From contig OZ024752.1 in the NCBI GenBank assembly GCA_964016885.1, positions 28,024,001-28,088,000 on the forward strand: a DNA stretch of 64,000 bases, written 5' to 3'. The first letter of the stretch is position 1; every line of letters starts with the position of its first letter. This DNA is from Eledone cirrhosa. Lineage: Eukaryota. Under the pieces are notes generated by a model. The model was not told the origin of the DNA and did not search any database. It saw nothing but the letters and a program-made list of their open reading frames with translations. Of the stretch, positions 1 through 11,894 are shown piece by piece. A program made the position numbers and the translations under genes.

Positions 1-406
1 GTATTTATATCGAAGCCGTAGAAGAGGTGGTGAAGGAGGCGAGAAGTATGAGTAATGGAAGCTTTCCAGCAGTCCCCACACCTCAAAGATTGCTCAACCA
101 GAGGGAGTTATTAACAATATATTTAGAAACATACAGATACATGCGGACACACACATATACATGAATGCATCCGCACCCAACCGTGAGTTAAGGGTGCCAA
201 CTTCACCGATCTTGCTCAATGAATAACTGGGACAGACCAATCCGGTTGAACCAGACTGAACCAGTATCAGAGTTAAAAATACATTATGAAGAGAGAAGAA
301 ACATTTAGATATAATTAGTAACAAAATGTATCATACCTAAACTGCTCCTAGATTCCTCGACTACGTAGTTTCGTGGCATAAACAAAAACAATACATCATA
401 AAGATA

Positions 407-630
407 TAGGAACGAGAAGGACGCCGACGGCTGAGCTCAAGCTGAGCTCAAGCTGAGCTCAAGCTGAGCTCAAGCTGGATTAAAATTTTAGTCCAGAATT
501 AGCCGTCGAAACTGCTTGAGCTCAGCCGTTGGGGTCCTACTCGTTCCTATTACCCACTCTACTACCCTAAGTATTGAGTACTTTGGTGCGTTATGGTCCA
601 CCTGGTTCCTTACCACATTTCCTCCGTTAT
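407..630 (+). mobile_element. Short fold-back repeat (putative PLE terminus, gacggctgagctc family)
   Basis: Inverted arms taggaacgag...gacggctgagctcaag and cttgagctcagccgt...ctcgttccta plus a tail ending in (TA)n. Other copies at 26558-26684, 27620-27690, 32140-32320 and 42008-42200. Confidence 0.7.
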
Positions 631-675
631 ATATATATATGTATATATATATATGTATATATATATATGTATATA

Positions 676-862
676 TATTATATTATATTATATTATATTA
701 TATTATATTATATTATATTATATTATATTATATTATATATTATATGTACTGGGTAGCTGCTGGCCTTGTGCCAAAAGTAGAAACAATTATATTATATTAT
801 ATTATATTATATTATATTATATTATATTATATTATATTATATTATATTTTATTATATTATAT
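676..862. repeat. (ATATT)n pentanucleotide arrays around a SINE 3' fragment (744-790)
   Basis: Directly visible. The insert gctggccttgtgccaaaagtagaaacaatt matches SINE tails elsewhere in the window. Confidence 0.85.
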
Positions 863-1806
863 TCCCCACGTACGCCAAATTAGTCATGGGATTCCATGAA
901 CCAAATATTTACAACCAAACCCTTCTATTATTCGGAGAATCTTTATTTACACAACCCAAAAATAATTGTTAGAAATATCTAGACGATTGCCAGGAAAACA
1001 TCAATACACACACTCTTTTCAAAAATATGATAAACAAAATTAACAATAACTTACAATTCACAATGTAGTCCAACTTCAAGGAATTAGTCTTCCTGGATAT
1101 CCTTATTTTAAAAACAGATGCAAAAATAGTAACAGATCTTTTATAAATCCACGCACTCCAAACAGTGCCTCCTCTTCACATCAAATCACCCAAACATACA
1201 AAACTTAACATTCCTTTTAACTTAAACAAACGTATATGCACCATAGTATCAGACCCAGCTAAACGGGAACAAAGATTAAATGAAGTAAAAAACACACATA
1301 CCTTAATAGCCTTCCCAATTGACATAATTAATAACGGAATAGACAGAGCAAAACACGCTAATTTTCATCAAACCAATAACCCAAAGCACAGAACCACAAA
1401 TAATACCTTGCCATGTATATCCACGTTCAACTCCAGAAACATTGAAATGTTCGACCACCTACACAAAAACCTCCCCATTCTACTTAAAGATCTAAAAATG
1501 AAAAAAAGTCCTAGCAACACACAAGATCATTAAAAGAAAAAGGCAACCCAAATCACTAAAACACAAACCAATCTCCAGCCTTACAGTAACAAATTGTGTA
1601 AGAACAAACTCTGTCCCATGCCTATAGTTAATTGAAGGACAAAAATTCACATTTAAAGATGGCCAAGTTTTTATAGTGAAAGACAACTTCACTTGCAACT
1701 CAGAGAACCTGACCTACGTAAGCACATGCGGTGGCTGCCGTCGTAACTACATAGGACAGACGGGTGTGTTATTACGCAAAAGAATTACCATCCATTGCCA
1801 AAATAA
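863..1806 (+). mobile_element. Decayed Penelope-like (Neptune-type) RT/GIY-YIG fragment
   Basis: Remnants PTYAKLVMG, KYLDDC, LVFLDIL, HTKLNIPFNLNKRICTIVSD, then FTCNSENLTYVSTCGGCRRNYIGQTG...RITIH; stops and frameshifts present. Confidence 0.85.
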
Positions 1807-1921
<115 letters not shown>

Positions 1922-2020
1922 GTGAAGATATATATATGTATATATATGTGTATATATATGTGTGTAGATTTATGTGTGTATATATATATATATGTGTATA
2001 TATATGTATATATATGAGTG

Positions 2021-2052
<32 letters not shown>

Positions 2053-2600
2053 TATCACTCATCCGATATGGTTATACTTGTAAAATAATAAAGCATACAT
2101 TTTGACGTTCTCTCCGCGTCACTCTCCACCAGTTTCATCCTGTCACTCTCCCATTTCCTTGCTACATCAATGGACCTGTATATCATTGGTCTTTAAGAGT
2201 AATTAGTTTTCTTACAAAACTAGGATCCTACTTTCACCAAACCTCTTGGTATAACAACTCTTCCTATGCATTGAAACTACTAACACATGCGAATATATCA
2301 CTGTCATTCTTACACATTATAAACAACAGTAATTTCTGTTCTCAATCACAATCACCACCAGTACCATTACCTACAGAACACCCATTAACGACAAGAACAC
2401 AAATACAATAATACACCAACAGCACTATCATTAACACTACATCTATCTTTAATGATCCAAGTACAATATCTTATAACACCATTATGCCTAAGAGGGAGAA
2501 CAAAGACCCCCATCTTCACCACTCACAGCAACAGAACCATTGACATCACTATCATAATAATTATCATAAGACCGTTTACCTTTGTAGGTGATAGTTATAA

Positions 2601-2782
2601 TGTACTGGGAGTATGTGAATAGTATGTTCGAACCGTGGTAGTTATGTGTGTGGTTATTCAATTACTTTCTCTATATAAACTCAGCTGTGAAGCAGGACCA
2701 GTGTCCAGTCTGTGAAGTAAGCCATAGCTAACGCATTAGCTCCGAACATTACCAACTCTAAAACCAACCTTAAACACCAACC
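2601..2782 (+). promoter_or_regulatory. Core promoter and 5'UTR of S-crystallin gene 1 (TATA box TATATAAA at 2672-2679)
   Basis: TATA about 110 nt upstream of the ATG; aligns by eye with 37620-37810 (attactttctctatataa...gaccagtgtccagt...ccttaaacaccaa). Confidence 0.8.
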
Positions 2783-2915
2783 ATGCCTTCCTACACTCTC
2801 CACTACTTCAACCACCGTGGCCGTGCTGAAATATGCCGTATGATGTTTGCAGCTGCTGGTGTCCAGTACAATGACCGTAGGATCGAATACTCAGACTGGG
2901 ACAACATGAGAAGCA
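2783..2915 (+). CDS. S-crystallin gene 1 (sigma-GST-derived lens crystallin), exon 1
   Basis: Translates [44 protein letters not shown] plus 1 nt, the cephalopod S-crystallin N-terminus. ccATG context; GTATGT donor at 2916. Confidence 0.96.
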
Positions 2916-4018
2916 GTATGTAAACATTTTATATATACACTAATTCTTTTCTTCCGTGTATACACACAAACACATTGAAGCCCCATTTGTGTATTTTCGT
3001 TGTTGTGTTGGCTTCTGTGGCTTTGTCCTCTTAACCACAGTTTTCAATTTGTCACACCATTTAACCTATGTTTATTACTCTATGATGGAACTTATCGATT
3101 TATCGATATCGTCTTATTGAGTGTTTCGTGTAAAGCTCTGAATATTGTTTGTTTCATGGATGCTGGCCGAACGTCACAACTTCGATTTTATTAACTTCCA
3201 CTCTTATATATATATATGTGTGTGTGTGTGTGCGTGTGTGTGTATGTGTGTGTGTATGTGTGTATGTGTATGTGTGTGTGTGCGTGTGGGGGGGAGGGTA
3301 TGTGTGTGTGTGCGTGTGTGCGAGCGCGTGTGTGTGTGTGTATAGTGTTGAGATGTGATATATTTGCACTTGCGTAACGTATTTCGTTCTAGTGTTCTGG
3401 CTGCTTAGATAATATATATCTGTCCTCTAATGGGAACCCATGTAGGTTCAAAAGTCGATGAAAGATATTTATTATATATTTTGTTTTACAATTTAGAAGA
3501 AAATATATATATTTGATCTGTTTACATATCTACATTTAAGTACACAAATTTATATACACATTCTTTACCTCTATATAGTAAATATACAGATATAAATGTG
3601 TCGTGTACTATAGCTGCTGAGTTTATAATTCAAATCGAGGCTACAATGATGTTTATTTACATGAACTTTTCGTATATGATTTAATATAAAATTCTGTCAC
3701 GTCTCAATTACGCTATGTCAGAGCATCACTTATTAGTTCGTGCCCGCAAGTATATTGACTCTGTACGAAATTAAACTTCGGCCGCCGATGTACATAAGCA
3801 TAAAAACTATAAGTGATTAACTTATTTCATCTTCGGAACCAAAGGTGTAAGTCTTCCGACGATGATTAAAGAGCCATATATCATACCGTCAAGGTGCTCT
3901 TCCTTTGTTGCTAATAATAGGTGTGACATGACAACAGCTTGTTAACACTCATAGCGAGGCTACAGACATATATTTGATTCAAAATACAGCCCCGGCCATA
4001 TATATATAAAAGGTGGAT

Positions 4019-4052
<34 letters not shown>

Positions 4053-4138
4053 GAGTGTGTGTATATATATAATGTGTGTGTGTGTGTGCTTGTTTATATT
4101 AGTATAACCATCTCAGGTAACAATTGAATGTTTTTCAG

Positions 4139-4234
4139 AGATGCCATGCAACATGATGCCAATGTTGGAATTGGACAACAGGACCCAGATTCCCCAGACA
4201 ATGTCTATGGCTCGATATTTGGCCAGAGAATTTG
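4139..4234 (+). CDS. S-crystallin gene 1, exon 2
   Basis: tttttcAG acceptor; (K)[31 protein letters not shown](G); GTAAGT donor. Phases match the neighbouring exons. Confidence 0.96.
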
Positions 4235-4331
4235 GTAAGTTTGCCACCATTTAATTGATTATTTTCCCTCCCTCTCTTAATTTCTCTATTTCTGTTTCAC
4301 TTTTGTCAACTCTTTCTTTGTCTATTATCCC

Positions 4332-4419
<88 letters not shown>

Positions 4420-4954
4420 GATAGATAGATAGATAGATAAGGTTTGAGAAATAGTCAGTCAAAATTTATACAATTTTTTTCTTCTTGGTCCATAGAAATT
4501 AACTAGATAAATAATCGTTTAAACGGAGTTAAGTTTAAAATGTAACTTTGAATAAATAACAGATACATGTTATCAATATTCCTTTATGGGGAACAGCCAG
4601 ATACAATTCACCTAATCCTTCCTCTTAGTTCGTAGAAATTAACTAGACAATACTCATTTAAACGGAGCTAAGTCTAAAATATAAGTTTCAAGAAACAAAA
4701 TAGATAAACGTTACCAAAGATTCTCCCAGTCCCGACTAACGAGAGTTTCGCTCATACTTTGTGGAAATGTCTAGTCGTGGCATTATCCATGAGGCTTAGA
4801 GCTATTCAAGTGTAAATATATATATACATTTACATTCATACATGATGGCTCGCCCCTCGTTGTCGAGTATGGTAATTGCACGATAATAATAATAAATATT
4901 ATTATTATTATTATTATGATTATTACTATTACTATTATATATATATATATATAT

Positions 4955-5268
4955 AGTTTTGCGAGGTTTTTGATATGAAATCGTGTGTCGAAACAAATAT
5001 TGTTATATTGGGGAGGGTCATATTTGTGTAATAATATTGCCAGAATTAATAACAGAATACACTCACTGTTTAGATTATATATATATGTTTTTGTGTCTAT
5101 ATAGTATCTGTATTTTTGACCGTTGGTCAGTCAATGGCATCATTGAGGACCGAATAAATTAAATTAACCGATATAAAAGACACAGAAGCGAAAGCCAACT
5201 AAACAGTGAGTGTGTTATGTTATTAATTCCGGCAATATTATTACACAAATATGACCCTCCCCAAGTAT

Positions 5269-5277
<9 letters not shown>
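4955..5277 (-). mobile_element. Fold-back PLE terminus (same family as 57687-58590)
   Basis: Arms at about 4998-5072 and 5200-5277 (tgttatattgggagggtcatatttgtgtaa / ttacacaaatatgaccctccccaagtataacaa), with (TA)n on both sides. Confidence 0.8.
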
Positions 5278-5331
<54 letters not shown>

Positions 5332-5623
5332 TACCTATCTATATATACATATATACACAAACAAAATAACAATTAACGGTGCTGCGATCGAATGTGGCTT
5401 TTTAACCCAGCCAATGATCAAAAATGTCTTGCACACAGTTGGCAACCAAAACATTCACTGGCAATAGCCGGCTGTGGTTGGAGTTCATGTACTTTTGCAC
5501 GTCCTTTGAGCTCTCCTGCTGATCTACACTCTCTACTACATGCTAGGCAGGCATGATGAGTAGCATCTCCAACAGCAGCTTGGTATTCAACCACTGGTCT
5601 CACTTTATACATACATATATAAT

Positions 5624-6158
5624 TGATGGCTGCCCGCTCGTTATTGAGTATGGCCATTGCACGATATACCATTATTAATAATTATTAATTAATTCTATCG
5701 TGCAATGCCTGTGCGTGAAGATATTTTTTAAAGTGAGGAAAGACAGTGCACTGAGCCAATACCTCTCTCTGAACTACAGTAGCTATAACACGAAAAGAAG
5801 AAAAGATCAACATCATCGATAACTACTGAGCCGCAGGTTTTATATCGGAGTTATCCCAGTTTCCTGAGTTGCCTTCTCCTAGTAGAATGCCCTGACAAAG
5901 TCTAGGGTTCCTTCACTCCCAGTGGTTTAACCGTGCGGTACATGTGTATATACATATTTACACACATTTGGATGGCCGTTCACTCTTATGAGTTCTTCCG
6001 CCCTTTGTCAGGTTTTGATTTTTGTGTTGCAGAGTGTCCAAAATCACCCTCCTCACCAAGTAAACTTGGTGGGATTATCGGTTTAGTCACCGACGACCCG
6101 ACCATGCAACAGCTTGTACTGAGTTATATGTTACCAGTAGCACTCAAGAGTGACCCAA
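5624..6158 (+). mobile_element. TACA-flanked non-coding interspersed repeat, subfamily B
   Basis: Homologous to 55357-55548 (-) and 4843-4886, and more distantly to subfamily A (ttgccttctcctag...; gacgacccgaccatg...atgttaccagtagcac). Followed by (TACA)n. Confidence 0.7.
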
Positions 6159-6244
6159 CATACATACATACATACATACATACATACATACATACATACA
6201 TACATACATACATACATACATACATACATACATACATACATACA

Positions 6245-7425
6245 TGGTGGCTGCCAACTCGTTTTCGAGTACGGCCACTACTTTATATCCATGTAGGAGA
6301 ACCCCTACCGATGCGCTGAACGAGTGTGACTTTTTAGTCCAGCCAGCGACTTGAAAACTCTGGTACAAACACTACACTTGTGACAATTATTGACACATAG
6401 TGTTGGGCCCATGGTACCATGTGACGACAAGTGCAGAGAGATCTCCAGATATAAAGCAATGCCTGTGCCGTGAAGCTTTTATAGTGAGCAAAGGCACTGC
6501 ACAAAGCCAGTCCCACTCTCTTAACCAAGATGATATTTACCAAAAAGAAGAACAAGTCAACATCATTGGATAGCATCAGTGTTGCAGGTGTTAAATCAGA
6601 GTTTTCCTTCTCCTAGAATTCTGCCTTGACAAAGGCTAAGGAGTCATCTCTCCCGGTGATTTTCGATGGCCGTTGACTCTTAAGAGCTCCTTTGCCCTTT
6701 GACAGGTTTTGTTTTTAGTCCTGCAGGATGTCCAAAGTCACCCTCCTCACTAAGAAACCTTAGTGGGGTTGCCAGTTTAGTCGCCAACGACCCGACCATG
6801 GGACAGGTTGTACTGGAATACATGTTACCAGTAGCACCAAGTGGTGACCTGACATACGTACATACATACATACATATATACATACATATATACATACATA
6901 CATATATACATACATACATACATACATATATATATGGTGGCTGCCAACTCGTTTTCGAGTACGGCCACTACTTTATATCCATGTAGGAGAACCCCTACCG
7001 ATGCGCTGAACGAGTGTGACTTTTTAGTCCAGCCAGCAACTTGAAAACTCTGGTACAAACACTACACTTGTGACAATTATTGACACATAGTGCTGGGCCC
7101 ATGGTACCATGTGACGACAAGTGCAGAGAGATCTCCAGATATAAAGTAATGCCTGTGCTGTGAAGCTTTTATAGTGAGCAAAGGCACTGCACAAAGCCAG
7201 TCCCACTCTCTTAACCAAGATGATATTTACCAAAAAGAAGAACAAGTCAACATCATTGGATACCATCAGGGTTGGAGGTGTTATATCAGAGTTTTCCTTC
7301 TCCTAGAATTCTGCCTTGACAAAGGCTAAGGGGTCATCTCTCCCGGTTATTTTGGATGGCCATTGACTCTTAAGAGCTCCTTTGCCCTTTGACAGGTTTT
7401 GTTTTTAGTTCTGCAGGATGTCCAA
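6245..7425 (+). mobile_element. TACA-flanked non-coding repeat, subfamily A, two tandem units (6245-6852, 6935-7425)
   Basis: Near-identical units offset by 690 nt and separated by (TACA)n; third copy at 27713-28225. Confidence 0.85.
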
Positions 7426-7450
7426 TACATACATACATACATACATACAT

Positions 7451-8615
7451 GTGTTACTGGGAACTTTAACATCAATGGTGATGTGGATAGGCTATACTTC
7501 TCACGCAAGGAAGGTGGCCGGGGTCTAAAATCAATATTAACAACATATGAGACCCGGATAGTGACACTGAAGCAACACCTTCAACACAGGAAAAAGGTTG
7601 GCAACCATCTTGCCCAGGTTTATGACCATGAAAAAAGAAATATCATTAGAATAGCGACTGATCTGGAGGAGAGATATGGAATAAAGCCTGATATAAATCT
7701 CTCACCCAGAGAAATCGGAAGATCCTATTCAATGTTCAAACAAGATAAAAAAATTGACCAATTTACAGAAAAAGTTGTGCATGGATACTTGAGGCGTAAA
7801 ACACAGACCATAGAGGGGATAAACCACTCAAAAAGCCTGGCATGGAGTTCCGACAAGTTTATGACATCACACCTTGAGGGATATCTCTATGCAATACAGG
7901 AACAAGAACTCCCTACCAAATATCTGCTGCACAAAAGAGGAGGGCCAGCAGCTGACAATAAATGTAGGCTATGTAAAACAAAGATCGAGGATGTAAGCCA
8001 CATTGTTGCCAGCTGCGAAAGAATGTCATCTCGCTACTACCTCCCCATGAGACACGATGGGATAGCTAGAACCATCTGGAACGCACTTCGGAAAACAAAA
8101 TTAACATCAAACGAGGAAGAATATATTGAGACAGATGGCACTAAGGAATACTGGTGGAACCTGAAAATAAAAACTGCCACCAAATTAAAGCACAACCGGC
8201 CTGATATTGTAGTTTGGGACCACACATTGAAAACGTGTTCTGTTGTGGAGATCAGCTGCCCACTTGATGTAAACGTTGTCAGAAAAATACAGGAGAAGGA
8301 GGACATCTACGGACCATTGATGAGGAGTTTACAAATCCAGTATCCAAGATACACCTTTAGCTTCATACCCATCATTATTGGTGCTACGGGTTATATACCA
8401 ACCCGCTTGGACCAAAGTATGACTGAACTTGGATTTGTGGACAAAAAGCGCAGCTCCCTAATTCATAGTCTACAAATGGCTGCGATAGCTGGCACCTTCA
8501 AAATTTGCAAAACATTCTTGCGATTCAAGGGATGACAATTTCTTTTCTTTTACAACCTTGCCACCAGGAAGGTGGCCGGTCAAAAAAATATACTCGAAAT
8601 TAAGAGAAAGAGAAA
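7451..8615 (+). mobile_element. 5'-truncated R4/Dong-like non-LTR retrotransposon (CCHC zinc knuckle plus restriction-like endonuclease)
   Basis: ORF to 8535 with DVDRLYFSRKEGGRGL, CRLC...HIVASC, RHD, NRPDIVV, VVEISCP, K..IY..L, PIIIG; short 3'UTR; (TACA)n on both sides. Confidence 0.88.
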
Positions 8616-8628
8616 ACATACATACATA

Positions 8629-8664
<36 letters not shown>

Positions 8665-8790
8665 AAGTACTAACGTCCGAAATATTAAGACCCTCTTCCT
8701 GCTATTTCAAACGTTAACCTAATATATTCCTTCCATGTACTGTACTGATTGTGTTGCTATTTCTGTTCATCTTTTACATATACACACACA

Positions 8791-8845
<55 letters not shown>

Positions 8846-9015
8846 TTGTGTGGGAGGAGGTTCGTTGAGGTATGCGGGAGTTAAAACGTGTGACCTCTAC
8901 ACTATCTATGTTCGTGGAAAAGCAATTATATCTCTCTATAAAACACGCCATGCTGCCTTATGTACGGATTAAATATATTTGTGTATGAACCATCGAAACA
9001 TCATCTCTGTTGTAG

Positions 9016-9131
9016 GTTTCCATGGCAGAAACAATATGGAGATGGCCAGAATTGACTTCATCTCAGAATGTTTCTACGATATTTTGGATGACTACATGAG
9101 AATGTATCAAGATAGCAACTGGAGAATGATG
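9016..9131 (+). CDS. S-crystallin gene 1, exon 3
   Basis: ttgtAG acceptor; (G)[38 protein letters not shown]; GTATGT donor. Confidence 0.96.
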
Positions 9132-10209
9132 GTATGTATAATTTAGATGTAGACAAGTGATCCTCTTATATGCATTAGAATAAGTTTATGGAGGTTATTC
9201 GTCAATCAAGATTTAAATATAATTTTGGAATATAATTTTGCAACAGTAAGTAGTAACAGCTATATCCTGTCAATAAAATCTCCATGCGGTTTACATACAC
9301 AGCAAGTCTCCGTTTTCCAAATGGCTAAATGTCAACAGAAGGGCATGACTTTGATGTGACCCGGCTCTCTTAAAGTGTAAGATCTTAAGGTCCGAAACAC
9401 TCGCTTGAGAGAGGTTTCTTCTCTCAAGACCTTCTACTGCCCAGTTTCTTGTCACTACTATGTATTATATTATCTTTAATAGCCGCCTACCTTCTGGAAT
9501 ATCAGACAGTTCATTGGGTGGTACGTCATTAGTGTTAGGCAAGAGCAATGATATTCTTGAACTAGATTCTAGGCCTGAATGAAGATTATCTGAGCAGTAT
9601 ATTTATTTCTGCCACAGGACATGGGTACCTTCTAGAAATCCCTGGTATAGCAGTTGTAACGTTAAATATTGGTTGGTTTTTCCGTGTACAGACATGGACT
9701 TAACTTCAGCCTAGCCTCCTTGAGATACGCCCAGAACTTCAAAATACATATGATTAGACGCATTCAGTATCCGACCATTGCTAACAAGTGGAGTGAAGTT
9801 GAACAGATATTGTCATGCATATGACATGTTAACCGATCAAACACATCCATCCTGAAGAATGTGCCACTATCAAATACACATTTTCCATTATATATCTGCA
9901 TTGGTTATAGGTAAAACATTATACTGTTCATACTAGAGTATACTGACTAGACATGTGCTGATTTTAATTTAAATTACTATACATCTGCACGTTTTGAGAT
10001 TTATGCGAATATATATTGAAATATTAAGTAAACATTAATGTGACGTCAAACGCTAATAATCGTAAAGATGAGCTCAATGTTTTGAAGACGAATTAATTTC
10101 ATGTATTTTTAGTAAAAATAAGTCTCTTTTCGTTAAATATTTGTTTGCTTTAGATCTGTTTCTGTTGACTATCTGAATACTACAAAGAATTATTTACCCT
10201 TTATTTCAG

Positions 10210-10239
10210 TTCCAGCGATCAGGAAGCTATACAGTATCA
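10210..10239 (+). CDS. S-crystallin gene 1, exon 4 (30-nt loop microexon)
   Basis: ttatttcAG acceptor; FQRSGSYTVS; GTAAGT donor; phase 0/0; paralogous to 50927-50956. Confidence 0.92.
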
Positions 10240-10549
10240 GTAAGTAATATCATTTAGTATAATGTCGTTTAGCCCTATGTAATTATTGACTATTAACCTA
10301 TAATCAAAGATATTATCCAGGGTTTGACCTTTTCGTTATTTCGTACATATTAGACTACGGTGTCAAATGTATCATTTCCCTTTTAAGACGGGAAACTATA
10401 TGAAAGAATTTCGGTTCTATCTTTAGCAATTCAATCCATCTAAAAGATATTCTCTTTCTCGTGTCGTTTTTGCAAAACGCTTCGTGTAATGTATGTATGA
10501 ATGCATGTATACTTGTATATGTGCATTATATATATTTATATATATAAAT

Positions 10550-10731
10550 GGCGGTGGATTGGCAGTATCGGTAGAGGGTCGGACGCCATGCTTTCCAGCA
10601 TAGTTCAGTGCCTTTACGATCTGAGTTCAAATCCCGTCGAGGTTGACTTTGCCTTTCATCCTTACGGGGTCGATAAAATAAAGTATCAGTAATGCACTGG
10701 TAATTGCTGGTTTTATGCCTAAAGTAGAAAC

Positions 10732-10735
<4 letters not shown>
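10550..10735 (+). mobile_element. tRNA-derived SINE with Deu/Nin-like core
   Basis: Box A-like tggcagtatcgg, box B gagttcaaatccc, core gcctttcatccttacggggtcgataaaataaagta; many copies in the window. Confidence 0.88.
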
Positions 10736-10767
<32 letters not shown>

Positions 10768-10772
<5 letters not shown>

Positions 10773-11894
10773 TACTTTGGGAGGGTCATGTTGCCAATAA
10801 GAAACACACGCACCAGTTGCTTTCACTTCAATTTATTATATATTTATAAATTTATAAACCTAAAAATCTACAAATCTACAAACTTATAAATTTCTGGTTG
10901 GTTGGTTGGTTCCACAAGCAGATATTTGTTTATATATATAGTCATAGTCCTTTCGTCACACACTCTGTGACCTCTTCAGTGACTGGGGATTCCTTTCTTC
11001 GTTTCTGTGCCTTTCCTTTCTTCTATCCTACGCCATTTTGTTTCTGTGTGTGTGTTATGTGCTCAGTTTGCGCATGCGCCACATCCGGGTGTCTGTTGTG
11101 TTTGTGTTCATTTTTCTATTTTTCTATTTATATTTTTCTATTTGTTTATTTATTTATTTATTGTTGGTTGGTTGTTTGTTCTATGTGTGTGTGTGTTTTC
11201 ATTTTGTCCTTAATTGTAAGTTGTGATGTTGCTGTTCCACTCATATTTTCTATTTAATTTTGGTTTTAATTCTTTTATGCTTACTGCCTCTGTAATTTGC
11301 CTAAACATTGCGTCTTTTCTGTGTGTGGATTCTATTTTTATTTCTATGCTCTCTAATCTACCCCTGTGTTCTATCTTAGCATGTTGGTAGAGCACAGATG
11401 ATTCTTTATTATCTTGGGGGTCTCGCCAGTGTTCATTTATTCGTTCCCCTATACTACGAGCTGTCTCACCTATGTACACTATATTTTTGTTTCTACATTG
11501 TCCTTCAGTACATCTTATGCTATACACTACATTTCTAGTTTTACAGTTAATATGGGGGCTTATTTTACAGGTTATACATTTCTTATCTATACATGAGGGT
11601 CTTTGGAACGGGTATGTCTTGCTAATAAGTGTTTTTACGGAGGTACCAGGTCTTTCTACTATCTTAATATTGAGATTATGTTTATTTAGGGCCCTTCTAA
11701 ATTTGTAGGCTAGTTCGTCTCTAGGGGTTGTATTGATGAACATTACACTCTGGTATTTATTGCTATCATACCATGAGTTTATTCTATTGGCCTTGTTCCT
11801 AGTTCTTTCTATTCTATTCCAAAATTTGCTCCTATACAAGGGGCAGGTCCCATTTATGTCATTATTTACCATTTTTTCCCATTCAGAAACGAAA
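10768..11894 (-). mobile_element. 5'-truncated copy of the 16474-20352 PLE (GIY-YIG ORF 11210-11872 plus 3' pseudo-LTR)
   Basis: 220-aa ORF nearly identical to 19278..19940; same 3' end (catgaccctcccaaagtataac); (TA)n on both sides; lies in intron 4 of gene 1. Confidence 0.92.
10940..10984 (-). ncRNA. Minimal type-I hammerhead ribozyme in PLE pseudo-LTR
   Basis: Minus strand reads agtca CTGAAGA g-gtcaca gagtg tgtgac GAAA ggac TA tgact; helices I and II pair perfectly. Confidence 0.8.

Noticed and set aside
407-545. Palindromic repeats resembling CRISPR or REP elements
   Set aside because: No regular repeat-spacer array and no cas genes; eukaryotic context; explained as retroelement termini.
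6598-6645. Possible HDV-like ribozyme (ccttgacaaagg-ctaa-ggag)
   Set aside because: Could not assemble the P1/P3/P1.1 nested pseudoknot by eye.
10550-10640. tRNA genes at SINE heads (also 26903-26975)
   Set aside because: A/B boxes are present, but there is no convincing cloverleaf and they continue into multi-copy SINE bodies.
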